A stretch of DNA of 64,000 nucleotides from Octopus vulgaris. Lineage: Eukaryota. The stretch is from positions 26,908,001 to 26,972,000 of the forward strand of contig OX597838.1 in assembly GCA_951406725.2 (NCBI GenBank). Direction: 5' to 3'. The notes beneath the pieces were generated by a model. The model saw only the letters and a program-made list of their open reading frames with translations. It did not search any database and was not told where the DNA came from. Position numbers and translations under genes: made by a program. The first letter of the stretch is position 1. The number at the start of each line of letters is the position of its first letter. This document shows positions 39,526 through 53,269 of the stretch, piece after piece.

Positions 39526-41250
39526 TACGGATGATGAGACACACACTGCGTGTGTGTGTGTGTGTGTGTTCGTTCGATATGAAAACCTTGCTTTCACTCC
39601 GGCCAGCTGGTATGTTGAAAAGAGTGGTTAACGGAAATACTTGGCACATTAAGGACTTCCCAAGATTATGAATGAATAAATGAATGAACACACACACACA
39701 CATACATACATACATATATATATAATTACGACCTTTGAATTAATTAATATAGTTAACTCTACTTCAAGAAGTGTCAAGTACTTTAGAGTCTGTGAAACAC
39801 CCTCATTCCTACGAAGAAGAACATCCTGTTTGCAATAAATGAAGATAATTACTGTTTTCTTTTAAATTTGATGAGGATTTTAGGCTCGCGCGTGTCTCTA
39901 CGACATAAACAATATTACGACATAATCTAAAGAACATATGTGATACACTATAAGTGTATCACATCTTCAGTATTTCTTTTTCCATGACAATTTTATCAGG
40001 GTTCGTTAAACGAACCTTTTTACCAACACTGTATTTTCGTGACTCGAACACTCGACTCTTTAGCATTTCGTATACATAGATGAATGTAAAAGGTCAGACT
40101 GAATTGAACATTTACAATAGGATAAACTTAAAAGATCATTATATACATAAAAATAAATGTCATGTAAGCCCGTGTCAACGATATGACAGTGTGCTTTGTC
40201 TAAAAATAGAGCTTAGAAAATATATGCTAAACAGAATAAACATGATATCACCGTGAGCTTTAGAACGTTACAGAGGAAACACACTTTTGCTGTAAGCAGG
40301 GTGTGAAGAAATAAAGGCAATATAGTCTGTGAGGGGTGGACAGTCTAAATTCTTACTGTCTCATTGCTCAAGTGTGTTTTATAAGTGATACAACCAAAAA
40401 CACCTCCATCTCAGAAACAACGGAAAACAGGGCCTTCTTCAAAGCATTTATAATCCATCCTGGTGCAAAACAATGCACTGAGGCACCGACACGTACAAAG
40501 TCGATGTACACAGAATAATATTGGACTCCTAGATTCGTGGGACCGCCAGGTTGGTATTTAAAGTGTTACACTTTTGATACCAACCCCAATAGAGACAATC
40601 CCCTGGTTCTATGGCACAAATTTCCTGTTTTAAACTGATCTAAATTAAAATCTTGCAGCAAAGTTTCATGTTACATTTGTGTCCCAAATATTAGCTTTAT
40701 AAATAAACAAATTTATTTGAGTAAATTCTACATTATTTTCAAACTTAATTAAAACAAAACCAGAGCATTCTAACAGAAATATTGTAACAAAAGCTGATGG
40801 GTGGTGGGAAAATACCCAATAGCATATAGAATGATCAAGAAAATAGGGGGAAACAACGTGAAAGGAATACAAGATTTAAGAAACCCTGGCTGGCTTAAGA
40901 GACCAGCAAATGTTAATTAAGGAGGTTAAAGAGGCAAAGGAACATATGTGGAAGAGATACAGGGAGGGAATAAGGTGAGGAGGAGGATTGACCCTCAAAT
41001 AGTAGGCATCTTAACACGGAAGCAGCGATGGAAATTGGCTTTTGATCTTCGTATTTTACTCTGGAAAGACTTTGCAAAACCGTGATAGTGCTTAGTTTGT
41101 TTTTAGTCCTTGTAAACAAGACTTTGCTTGAAGAGTTACAATATGTAACTGTAGAGGATATCTATTACCAAGACGTAGTTTAAATGCAGTAAACAAAAAT
41201 TAAATCCTCAATTTATGAATCTTGTGTACCCTCAGTAAATCTGGGCCTTT

Positions 41251-41340
41251 TCGGCGGAGGTAAAGAATACGCACACCACCAGTTTTCGGCGTAACCCTAA
41301 CTCCTAAACCTCGGTTGTGCATATTCTTTACCTTCGCCGA
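41251..41340. mobile_element. Hairpin MITE with telomere-like (TAACCC) core
   Basis: TIRs ggcggaggtaaagaatacgcaca / tgtgcatattctttaccttcgcc; second copy at 55584-55689. Confidence 0.75.
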
Positions 41341-42897
41341 TATTCTACTTTTTTGTATATATTTCTTCCTATCTCAAAAACACAAGACATACTACTGTTC
41401 CCACGTGTGAACAATATAGTACTTTTGAAACAGAACGCAAAAGATTTCGGTCTTATGTCTTGTGAGTTTTTCTCTCACCATTGAACGAGTGCCGAATTAA
41501 CCATTAAATAATATAAACACGTGTTTAGGAAAACCAAAGAAATTAAACTGAGTTTCCCCCCACAGCCGAATTTACTATGCAACTTTATGGCAAATGAATT
41601 TTGTTTTTTAATGAATTAAGTGTTGAAAATTTGCAGTTTCTTCTTGCCTCTGTTATCAAAGAAATAATTCATGTTCAGTGCTTATATTTCGGGTTAAATA
41701 AATATAATAAAGCGCATTATATCTAACATAGTTGTAGGTCTGACACGAAGAGAAAACAATTTTTAATCTATTATTTCATAACACTAAGTCCTTTTATGCG
41801 TTTAAAGTGTTGTCAGATACACAAATGAAGGGTCATTGAGGGGATGCCATTATCGGGGCCGGACTTAAGGCCTCGGTTGGCCTTGATCCAGCTCTACCTT
41901 ACACTCAACAGCTATGGGGCTTGTAGTTTCTCCTGCAACACTGCACGAAGAAAAAAAAGGGAAAATGCGGATAAAGGGGACGGTAAAAAGTTACTTGATG
42001 CAGACGCATGGCAATTCACACATCATGTGTAATTGCTTGGTTGACTTGAAACAACACAAAACACAGCTGCAGGGTGAAGACAGAGAAGAGAGAAGGGAGT
42101 CAACAACGAACGGGGAGATTCACTATCGCAAAAAATAAATAGACATGGTTTTATATTTATTATTATTATTATTTCATTTACACTTAACAAGGTAATTTGG
42201 TATTCTGTGAACAACGAACGAAATCTATTTGAATGTTTCAAAATGTTCTTTGTGAGTAATTTGTTTACTTATATGTAGTGGACAGACAGGCTGAATATGA
42301 AGGAACTTTTGTGACAAACTATTCTTGGAAGGTGGTTAATCTTGTTAAATAAACGTAAGCTCTGAGTCATACACGTAAGGTGACAAACTATTTTGCTTTT
42401 CTTCGCTGTTTTTTTGTGTTATTAAAGCATATTAATTCTCTATAATAACTCCAATGAATGAATGGATTTGTGTGAGAATGTTTAACATACATAGCAACAG
42501 ACTACGAAGGACAACACAAACTTCAAATTATATATATACCTACATATATAGATTACACATAATCAATACAGGGAGGTTTTCAGTTAATGACACGGAGATA
42601 CAAGGCAGTCTCATTACCTGGCAGTATCCGTAAAACAATTTAGTTACTATAAAATAATGAGCAGGTGTGGCTGAATTCAGTATAAGTTTAAATGTTTATT
42701 TTTCGCAAACTGTCAAATTTACTAAGGATATTTTGCGTGAAAATTTCAGATATGTACATTTATTACACAGAGATTTATTAATGCGTTCAGAGATTTATTA
42801 ATATATGTATTGTAACCTGTAAAAAAAAATGTCCAGTAGCATGTGCATATGTATGAATATTTAAGATAAATAAATGTCAGCTAGTTCTGGGACTTAC

Positions 42898-43521
42898 CAT
42901 TTCATCGAGGGACTTCAAATCACAGGTAATAATCTGTTTCCTGGGAGGTGGTGGTTCACCGGCTAGTTCTGCTTCGATTTCTTCTTCCATTTGTACAATT
43001 GTGGGGGCCAGCATGCCAAACTTGGCACCAACCCGAGCCACTTCCAATAAGCAGAGAACCACACTTCGTTCATTTTTTCGTAAAACCAAATCATCGGTTT
43101 CGAACCTGAGAACCTCCGGTATTCCCAGTTCTCGACACCACGATATAAAGTTAGACACATTATCTCTGGCCTGAAAAGTCTGTGCTTTCACCTCTTTACG
43201 AAATTGAATCTCAGTTTGAGGAATATCACGTATGAACTGAGATTTGGTAGAGAGTCTCTTTTGTTGGTCCAGGGCGAATTTTCGGACTTCGTTCGCATGC
43301 TTACACAATTCGACCCCGGTCTCTAAGATTTCGAAGAAATTATCTACGTTGATGGACTTTTTATAGAGACAGGTAAACCAGTCTGCCAGATCTTCCTTCA
43401 TGGCATAAAGATACTCATCTTTGCTTTTAAATGGTTTGAAAGACTTGGGTTCCAGAATCAGGATGGTCTCTGTGCTACCAGAGCCTGGGTTCGGGGACGG
43501 ATATGTATCGGTGCTCTCCAT
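42898..43521 (-). CDS. First coding exon (208 codons) of a GAS2/GAS2-like protein (calponin-homology domain)
   Basis: ORF contains GAS2-family motifs (PFKSKDEYLYAMKEDLADW, ETGVELCKHAN, FQARDNVSNFISWCRELGIPEVLRFETDDLVLRKNERSVVLCLLEVAR, APTIVQMEEEIE). Start context is gccATGg. The frame runs into a canonical donor ATG|GTAAGT (42897-42892, phase 0) just after DLKSLDEM. The paralogue (GAS2L1/L2/pigs-like) cannot be assigned. Confidence 0.95.
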
Positions 43522-45599
43522 GGCATCTGTCTTCTTTTTCTAATCAAACGTGTTCGACACACATCGTGTGTACGGCGGTCGTGTATGTGCAATGGCAAAA
43601 ATACTGCGGACTAAGGTACCCAACATAGCGATGACGTACAGTGGATAGATGTTATCGTGAACATCAATCAATCAAATCAATAACGACCAAACAATTTTAA
43701 TTTAAGCCGAAATCACAGCTATCAGTTAATCCCGTGTATTTTGCATCATCTCAATATATATATATATGTATATATATGTGTATATATATATATATATACA
43801 CAAAGAGCAAGAGAGAGAGAGAGATGTCACTCTGTCTTTTCAGAGATCAAACGTTCGTTTGTGAACGGGAAGTAGTCGTAAAGCGTCGAGACTATATGTA
43901 TACATGTGTAAATAATAATATATTTTACCTTCTTCATACGCACATGTAGAGGAATATAAAAGATGATGAATAGATATTATTTAGGATTGGAGCTAAGTTT
44001 TTTTTCTTTTTCTTTTCTTTCCGTGGGTGTGTGTGTGTGTGTTTTCACTGTTATGAATGAATCAAGTGTTGAGTGAAAGAAGGAAAATAAGACTTTCCTC
44101 TTTGCAAGCGATCATGTGCGCTACCAAATTTTGTAGCAGTAGTTCATTCATTTCGGGTGACGAGCAACTGCGTCAGACTACACACACACATATGCACGTA
44201 TATGTATACACACATACACACACACACACACGAAAAAAAAACCTCATTCAGAACGGGTTGTGCCCCAATGCTCGTCTGTGTGTGTGTGCATGTCTGTTTG
44301 TGCATATGTGCGTGTGTGTGTCCAGGGCAGAATGATCTGGGTTCAGGCGAGAAAGAATCAGCTAAATCCTGCGAGTAATAAATGGATAAATTAAGATAAT
44401 GCAAAGGTTTCTTAGCACCTAGTTATTTAAACACGACTGTGTTGCTATGTCTGTGTGTGTATATGTGTGTTAAAATATACGGTAATAATACACCGATTAT
44501 GTCTGTATAGTTGTATCCATGTGAGTGAGGGTTTGTGTACATACTTGGATATACACATAGTCACTCTGTCTTCCACACATACACGTCGAGTATGGGTGTG
44601 GACAGAATCTGTGAGTATTTATATATTTATTATGCGATTTAGATCAAGAGCCGGACAGATTTGGATCCGGAGTTTAATTAAAACTAAACAATTAACAACG
44701 ATGCGTTGCTGAAACCACTAACAAGTCGAGAATTAATTAATGTAGGAGAGACAAAAGAAATGGTTAGAGATCCCTTATTTTATTCATCTGTTTTTAAATG
44801 AAGATTTAACGAGAAAGAAAAAAAATTCAATAATGAAGCTCGTTAGGAAGGGATCTTTATGATGAACAGTGGCTGGATAAAATATTACAATAAAATTAAC
44901 AACTGTTTTGACATGTTGTTCCTAAACGGTTACAAAATTTGGGAAATTTTGGTGAATTTCTTGCGGAGATTACCACATAAAGGAATTCCAGAATTTAAAA
45001 TAACAAAATTGTTTAAATTAATCTTTAAGAATTTGAGAGATGTGAACCTATTTTATAGAGTAAATTAAATATTTGGTTAACTGATGAGAAATTGACGGAA
45101 TAAAAGAAAAAATGAGAAGAGAGGTGAGACGTAGATAGATAACGCGTGTGTGGAGTGTATTAGAAATAAAGAGAAGAGTGTCGACTTGTTAATGAATAAA
45201 TAAATATTTAATTAAATATATAAATAGAGAGATAATTAAATAAATTGAAAGGGAAGTCGTCGAAGAAAATTACAAACTGATGTTGTCAGCAGAATGGAGT
45301 AAGATGAAGATGACAAACTGGTTCTAATGACAATTCTTTTAAAGCTATTAAATGAAGAGAAAAAAAAACACACACATACAATACATACACACATGTAATA
45401 TATTTTGAGAGACCCGGCTGATTTAAGTTCGATTAAGTACTTCGATGCATTTCAAAAGAAGACAGAAAGAGGAAATCTGTAGCCTTCGTCATTACCGCCA
45501 GTTGTTACGACATCTCTCCGTTGGAAATTGGAAGGAATGTATGAGTAAATACAGAGTAGTTTCAAAATATAACACACGCATACACACACACACACTATG

Positions 45600-46112
45600 G
45601 CAAGCACTTCTTTACTCTTTCTTTCTCTCTTCCTCTCTTGTTTATTCTCTTTCTTTCTCTCCCTCTTCCTCTCTCGCTTTTATTCTCTTTCTTTCTCTCC
45701 CCCTTCGTCTCTCGCTTTTGTTCTCTTTCTTTTTCTCCCTCATCCTCTCTCGTTTTTGTTCTCTTTCTTTCTCTCTATCCTCTTTCTCCTCTTCCCGCTC
45801 TACATTCTGCCTCTTTCCCCCACTTTCTTCCTTTCTCTTTCTCCCTCTCCGCTTTCTCTTTCTCTTTTTCTTTATCTCCTCTCTTTCCCCCGTTCTATCG
45901 CTATCCGCTGTTTCACACACTCACACACACACACACACACACATACAATTGTTTTCTCACTCTTTCTCTAACACACACGCAGACACTTGTTTCCTTTCTT
46001 TCTTTCTTTCTTTCTCACGTACTCATTCTATCCCGCTTTCTCTTTCACACACACGAAACATTTTTCTCTCATTCTTTCACACACGCGCACACACATTATT
46101 CTCTCTCTCCTG

Positions 46113-46195
<83 letters not shown>
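45600..46195. repeat. Long polypyrimidine (CT-rich) tract upstream of the GAS2-like exon
   Basis: Direct reading; possible regulatory (GA-rich) region, unproven. Confidence 0.8.
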
Positions 46196-46316
46196 TAAAT
46201 CCGGAAGAGAAGCACACTCTAAGATGTAGAGCAGTTAATATAATAGGGGAGGCCGGTATATGGGGTTACCCCATGTGAACGACCTTGTCTCTATCAACCT
46301 CTCTTTGTCACTCTCT

Positions 46317-46351
<35 letters not shown>

Positions 46352-47170
46352 ATTACACACCGAAAGCAACATTTGTTCTCTCTCTCACACACATATTCAT
46401 AAATGTGTATGGGGTGGCTGGGCGTGTGCGTAACCCGCATACAGGAAACCCTCCGACTATCAAAACCACTTTGAGATTTCGCCAAACAGAACGATATTAA
46501 TCGAACGAAGTTCTTTTAGCAGCAATGAGTGGAATGTGAAGAATTTATTGTCTAAAAGACTCCACAGAAATCATGTGTTGATGCGTTGAGCTTCACAACA
46601 ACCAGTTGGCGACTGCAACAGAGATTTCCATAACTGCAGTGGCAAGAACAATAAAAACAAGAATATGACGACCATCAACCACCAACAGTAAAAGACATAG
46701 AATGAATTCCTCATTGAGTACCTGTATGTGTGTGTGTATATATATATATATCTATATATTTCTGTAGATGCGCAAGAGTTTCTCTGTGCATATGTGTGTG
46801 TTACAGTGTGCGCGTGTGAATTTCTGCACACGCATATATGTATGTGTTTGTGTCAATGCATACGTGTATGTGTGTGAATATGTGTTACTGCATGTGAACA
46901 TGAATCTCTGCGTGCGTGTGTGTGTGTGCGCGCGCATTTCTGTATACACGTGCTTCTGTGCATACGTATGTATATATGTGATTATATGTGTGCGTGTGCT
47001 TCTGAGTGTGTGTATCTATGTATACGTGCGTGTGTGGGTTAGTACGGCTCTTACTGTTTACGTGCGTGTGTTACTGAGTGTTTGTGTGTGTGTGTGTGTG
47101 ATTTTGTACGTGTGCGCGTGCGTTTATGTATTTCTGTACTACATATATGTGATAGGATGTATGTGTGTGT

Positions 47171-47358
47171 GGTATTTCGTCTGCCATTACGTTCTGAGTT
47201 CAAATTCCGCCGAGGTCGACTTTGCCTTTCATCCTTTCGGGGGTCGATTAAATAAGTACCAGTTAGGTACTGGGGTCGATATAATCGACTTAATCCGTTT
47301 GTCTGTCCTTGTTTGTCCCCTCTGTGTTTTAGCCCCTTGTGGGGTAGTGAAGAAATAG
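47171..47358 (+). mobile_element. 5'-truncated family B SINE
   Basis: ataggatgtat..gtgtgt duplicated on both flanks. Confidence 0.85.
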
Positions 47359-47996
47359 GATGTATATGTGTGTGTCTGTGTGTGTGTTACATATTAATGT
47401 ATATCTGTCGGTAATGCTGGGTAGCGTAGTACCACCAGAGTTTTTACCTATTTTCCTTACAAGAATTTCCAACAAAGAATTTACTGTCTAAAAAAAAAAA
47501 CCCGTACACACATCGGCAAACAAACACACACACACAAACACAGACAAAATCTTTCATAGACTTTTAAATTAAAAATAGATATGCGACGATATTTCGCTGC
47601 TGCTTCAAAGTCTAAAAGTGCTGCTTAATAATTCAGCTGATTTTATAATAATAGAAACTTATCGATTGTTCAGATAATTATTTACGACATAAAACCAAAC
47701 ACTAATGATAACAACAACAATAAAAATAATAATCCCTAACGATATTTGCACTGCTATTACTAATTGTAATCCCATTGCAGGTATTTTTGCTGCAACTACT
47801 ATCATAATAATTATAATATATAACAACAACACTCGACTAGGTGGGTTTCAGAAAGTAGCAATAACTGAAGAAACCAAGGATCTGTGAATATTGTCAGGGC
47901 ATTCATTATTCGTTCTTGTATCATATTTTGTCATATAATAGCAAAATTGATAACCTCGGGTCATTGTTATTATGTGGGATTTTTCTCAGATGTTTA

Positions 47997-48038
<42 letters not shown>

Positions 48039-48199
48039 TATGTATAGAATAATAGGGGTTTAGTGCACTGGTGCTAAATGAATATAGGTACGCTAAGTGC
48101 CGAGGCACTTGATGTAGGAATGAATGTGTACATGTATATATTTACATTATGTATGTATATATGCATATTATGTGTGTGTATATAGATATAAATACATAT

Positions 48200-48206
48200 A
48201 CATACA

Positions 48207-48258
<52 letters not shown>

Positions 48259-48322
48259 CATTTTTCATTTTCATTTTATCTAGTTTCAGCTCACGAGCTG
48301 TGGCCATGCTGGGGCACCGCCA

Positions 48323-48381
<59 letters not shown>

Positions 48382-48608
48382 CAAAAATCTGCAGATAGCA
48401 ATAATAGTTATTTAGCTATGTTTCAGCCCAGTTCAGCGAACCTTGGAATTAAGACGTTCTAGTCGTGACCATCTCGTTTATTTATTATTCTTTTTCCATA
48501 CATACATACACATACATACATTATACATATATATATATATATATTCATTTTTCGTTTTCATTTTATCTAGTTTCAGCTCACGAGCTGTGGCCATGCTGGG
48601 GCACCGCC

Positions 48609-48672
<64 letters not shown>

Positions 48673-48785
48673 CAAAAATCTGCAGATAGCAATAATAGTT
48701 ATTTAGCTACGTTTCAACCCAGTTCAGCGAACCTTGGAATTAAGACGTTCTAGTCGTGACCATCTCATTTATTTATTATTCTTTT
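48200..48785. repeat. Direct tandem duplication, unit about 290 bp
   Basis: ttttatctagtttcagctcacgagctgtggcc...gcaaaaatctgcagatagc...gtcgtgaccatctc occurs twice with about 4 substitutions. Confidence 0.9.
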
Positions 48786-49331
48786 AAAAAAAAATTTTTT
48801 TCTGGCACAGTATATCTGCTTCCACATTAGTTGAGACAATTTGGGTGTGATTTAAAGATCTAGCTGGGGTGTTTTTTGTTGTTGTTCCTTTTTTTTCTAG
48901 CCGGTCGATCGATTGCATAGAGGTGTATCGTGACCGTGTTTTTTTTGGGGGTTTTTTGTGTTGCTGGTTATGATAATGATAATGATGGTGGTGGTGGTGA
49001 AGATGTCCTTGTTGGGTTTATTATTTTAATTTGTTTTAATATTTTCTTTCGTTCTGTTCTTTATTTCCTCTTGCCGGAGTTATGCATCTCGTCGGCATCT
49101 TACGAGTACAAACTGTGACCGAATTTCGTTTGTTGGTGGTGGTGGCGGCGGCGGTGGTGGTGGTGGTGGCGGCGGCGGTGGTGGTGACAGTCATGAGGAG
49201 GAGGAGTAGGAGGCGGTGGGTGGTGACGGTAGTGATGATGATGATGATGATGATGATGATGTTGGTGGTGGTGGTGACAGTCATGAGGAGGAGGAGGAGG
49301 CGGGTGGTGATGGTCGTAGTGATGACGGTAG

Positions 49332-49374
<43 letters not shown>

Positions 49375-49730
49375 AGCCGGTGCTAAATTGATAGAAAGTG
49401 ACGGCCAGAAGGAAAGAAGAGAAAAGATGTCGGAGGAGGAGAAGAGGAAATAAAAAAAGAAAGAACAGGAAAGAAGAGGAAAAAGAAAACCGAAAAAAAA
49501 AAAGACAGAAAAATAAAAACGAAGCAGTCAATTTTCATTTACCCCAAAACCACATCGATATTAAATATTAATAATAATGACAATTATTTCTAATTTTAGC
49601 ACAAAGCAAGGAATTGAGAAGGGAGAAGGTGGGGCAAATCGATTGCACTGACCCTAGTACATGACTGGTACTTTATTTTATCGACCCCGAAAGAATGAAA
49701 GGCAAAGAATGAACTCAGAACTTCAGGACA

Positions 49731-49803
49731 GACGACGACGACGACGACGAAGAAGAAGAAGAAGAAGAAGAAGAAGAAGAAGAAGAAGAAGAAGAAGAAG
49801 AAG

Positions 49804-49885
<82 letters not shown>

Positions 49886-49886
49886 C
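49731..49886. repeat. Compound microsatellite (GAC)n(GAA)n(CAA)n
   Basis: Direct reading. Confidence 0.95.
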
Positions 49887-50704
49887 CAGTACAACAATAA
49901 TAATTTCTTTTATTAGTTACAGGAACATAGATGAGGGACATCACAATGGCAGACGACAGTTTGCGTAGGGTTTTACATAAAAGGATAGGGAGAAAGAAAT
50001 GGAAGAGATAGTGAGATAAAAGTATGCACAGTACACATTGAACGATGCAGTTCCCCTCATTCGGAAGAAACTCCAACTAGGGCCAATCACGAGAGCCCCA
50101 CAGATCTAGGATTACTCTAACCAGCACAAATTTCGACCCAACACCAGCAGTTTCCCAAGAGGGATTGTGTTGTGTGTTCTTAAGCAAAAACTTCATTTTA
50201 CGTTGCTCGTCTGCAAGCACCGATAAACGAGTTACCCTTCGGTGGACTAGGGTCTCGCACGGGGGAAATGGTGTGATCGCGATCAGGTACACATGGAAAC
50301 CGGGTAGTCGGCTCTTTGAGTTTTGGGATTCAAGACAGTTCTGTCCTAGGATTGATATTGATGATGATGATGATGACGACGACGACGATTATGATAATTG
50401 TTTGGCGATTACATCTACCCGATTGATATTTCATTTTATCGATATTTCATCGATCGATATTTCATTTTATCGTCCTTGAAGCAATGAAAAGCAAAGTCGA
50501 CTTCGGCGGAAGTTGAAGTCAGACAGTAAAGATCTGGAAAAAATGCCTCTGTCTAGACATTTTGTCCGACGCTCTAAGGATTCTGCTCGCTTATTGCGAG
50601 ATTATTGTGCTTAGGTGCACATCTCGCCTGAAAAAGGGTAAAAGAAGGCGACAGAAAGCCTAAGAGATGTAAAGAAAGACAGCAATGATAGTCGAAAATG
50701 CATA

Positions 50705-51215
50705 CCGTAAATCCTCGAATATAATGCGCATTTCCCCCCCAAAATTTAAAGGTCAAAATCCCTAGTGCGTACTATATACGAGGTTAAAAATGAAAATTAT
50801 TTTCTAAGCAACGTCCGAGTCCCTATTTGCTGTCCAGCAATGTTTATTCAGACACATTTTGTGATATCGGGCGCGAAAATACCTTAAGCTAAGCCTGAAA
50901 GCAATGAAGTCCTAAAAGAATCATCCATAACTTGCAGTAAGCAACATCTATTAAACGTTATTACTGTTATTTCTTTATTTTCTGCAAACAAAATGCACAA
51001 AAAAGCTACACGTTTGCATTATGTTATATATACAATAATAATAAAGGACGTTACAATATACATCTTTACAAACCAAGGGCGTTATCTAGACCTCCTTGAC
51101 TCAAGTTAGAGAAGGGGTGCGTATTATACACAAGGTTTAGGTTTTTCAGAGGTACAGCCCCCTAAAAATCCCCTGTGTATTATACTCAAGGCGGACTATA
51201 CTCGAGGATTTACGA
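50705..51215. mobile_element. Tc1/mariner-superfamily MITE (inverted relative to 30671)
   Basis: TA|ccgtaaatcctcgaatata...tatactcgaggatttacga|TA. Confidence 0.85.
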
Positions 51216-51546
51216 TAGAAAGTACACAGAATAAAACACAGCAAAATGAACAAACAATAAGAGAGTATGCAATTCTTTTTCTTTTTTTTTCTTTCTTTTA
51301 TACCCGAGGTACTCGTCCGAATCGGATGACAACTGTACATCGAAGTGCATTCTGTTCAAATTGGAGAGTGTGTAGGGAAGAGATAGTGTTTTAATTAGGA
51401 TTTTCAGAACCACGCCCCCGCTTGTTCTTGCGACTCTTTAATTCTTTAGAAACGACCAAACAACGCGTTTGTTCTTTACACTCTCTTTCTTCGGCTTTTT
51501 GTTGCTAACGTGATGCGACCGAAATAAGCATTTCACCTATATACAA

Positions 51547-51844
51547 CTAGCAGTATCGCCCGGCGTTGCTCGGGTTTGTAAGGGAAATAACTATATAAGC
51601 ATTTTTAGAGAGTTACTTCCCTTATATAATAGCAAAAAAATGCATTAAAAATGGGAAAAAATGATGACAAAATTTTTTTTAATCGTAGACTCATCGTAGA
51701 CGCGCGCTAATACCCAGAAGGGCTCGATATGAATCACGACTATAAGATACCCGCTTTTGGTTAAACTGCACCGCAAAATGTGGGAGTAGTTAGGAATCTA
51801 AATCGTAGGAGACAGACACACAACTTCACTTTTATATATAAAGA
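51547..51844 (-). mobile_element. Non-autonomous Helitron, subfamily 2
   Basis: Minus strand A|TC...cccgagcaacgccgggcgatactgCTAG|T; 3' end shared with the 2831 family. Confidence 0.88.
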
Positions 51845-52093
51845 TTGTTATTATAAATAAACCTTCATCATTACTATATTTATTAAGGGCGCTAGATTGG
51901 CAGAGTAAAAATGGTTATCTCTTCTGCCAAAATGCCTTGCGGTGTTGGCACTGGCTCCGTAAGCTCTGAGTTCAAATGCCGCCGAAATCGACCTCGTTTT
52001 TCATCCCTCCAGGTCGATAAATAAAGTACCACTCCAGTAATAGTTTGATGTAATCAATTTGGGTCCCTACTCTCAAAACTTCTGGTTTTGTAC

Positions 52094-52478
52094 CAGGAGT
52101 GGCTGTGTGGTAAGTAGCTTGCTTACCAACCACATGGTTTCGGGTTCAGTCCCACTGCGTGACACCATGGGCAAGTGTCTTTTTACTATAGCCTCAGACC
52201 GACCAAAGTCTTGTGGTGGATTTGGTAGACGGAAACTGAAAGAAGCCTGTCATATATATATATATATATATATGAGTGTGTGTGCGTGTCCCAACATCGC
52301 TTGACAACCGATGCTGGTGTGATTACGTCCCCCGTAACTTAGCGGTTCGGCAAAAGAGACCGATAGAATAAATACCAAGCTTACAAAGAATAAGTCCTGG
52401 GGTCGATTCGCTCGACTGAAGGCGGTGCTCCAGCATGGCCGCAGTAAAATGACTGAAACAAGTAAAAGAATAGAAGAA
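52094..52478 (+). mobile_element. Family A SINE
   Basis: Near consensus. Confidence 0.88.
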
Positions 52479-52752
52479 TGCCGAACAAAATGCTTAATGG
52501 CATTTCGTTCGTCTTAACATTCTGAGTTCAAATTCCGTCTTGGTCGACTTCACTTCTCACCTTTTGAGGGTTGATAAGATAAGTACCAACGGAGCACGGA
52601 GGTTCATGTAATCAAGTTACTGACCTTGTACCAAGATTTGAAGGTGCATGGCTTAATGGTTAGGGAGTTGCATTTACGATTGTAAGAATGTGGTTTCGAT
52701 TCCCACACTGAATGATGCGTAGTTTGCTTGAGCAAAACACTTTTATATCATA

Positions 52753-53269
52753 CTAGCAGTATCGCCCGGCGTTGCTCGGATTTGTAAGGGAAATAACTAT
52801 ATAAGCATTTTTAGAGAGTTACTTCCTTTATAGATGCCAATTCGGGCTTTCTTAGCCATTTCTGTTTTGGTGTCTTCAAGCCATGAAGTCGTTGTTCTAA
52901 AAGAACGCTGGTCTCCTTGACAACGCATTACGACGTTGATTTCCTTAAACTCCCTTCCTCACAGCTTCACGAGGGAGGGAAGAAGGGGGAGAAGCAAACA
53001 CAGGTGCAGGTGTTTGAGCGTGGACGCCAACTCCGCCGCCATCGACACACGAAAAATTATGCATTAAAATGGAATAAAAAATGATGTTAAATTATTTTTA
53101 AAATCGTAGACTCATCGTAGACGCGCGCTAATACTCAGACGGACTCGATATTAATCACGACTATAAGATACCCGAATTTGGTTAAACTGCACCGCAAAAT
53201 GTGGGAGGAGTTAGGAATCTAAATCGTAGGAGACAGACACTCACACAACTACAGTTTTATATATATAGA
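52753..53269 (-). mobile_element. Non-autonomous Helitron, subfamily 2 long form, inserted in a CORE-like SINE (starts 52640)
   Basis: Inserted between A52752 and T53270 with no TSD; removal restores atatcatattactccagtttacttagctgtaaa. Confidence 0.9.

Larger units (their letters stand above)
1..42897 (-). other. Probable large intron of the GAS2-like gene
   Basis: Begins at the GTAAGT donor. No GAR-domain motifs (CTCP..FPM, MVRVGGGWDTL) appear in the ORF track or by eye. Short exons could have been missed. Confidence 0.6.

Noticed and set aside
39938-39972. Minus-strand CTGAAGA followed by a 10-bp hairpin
   Set aside because: No GAAA or cleavage triplet after the stem.
42877-42897. ORF tail VSPRTS* as the true protein end
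   Set aside because: It is read-through of the GTAAGT donor; GAS2 proteins continue into the GAR domain.
45445-47358. ORFs of 186-277 aa
   Set aside because: Arise from CT and TG tracts that lack stop codons; no domain signal.
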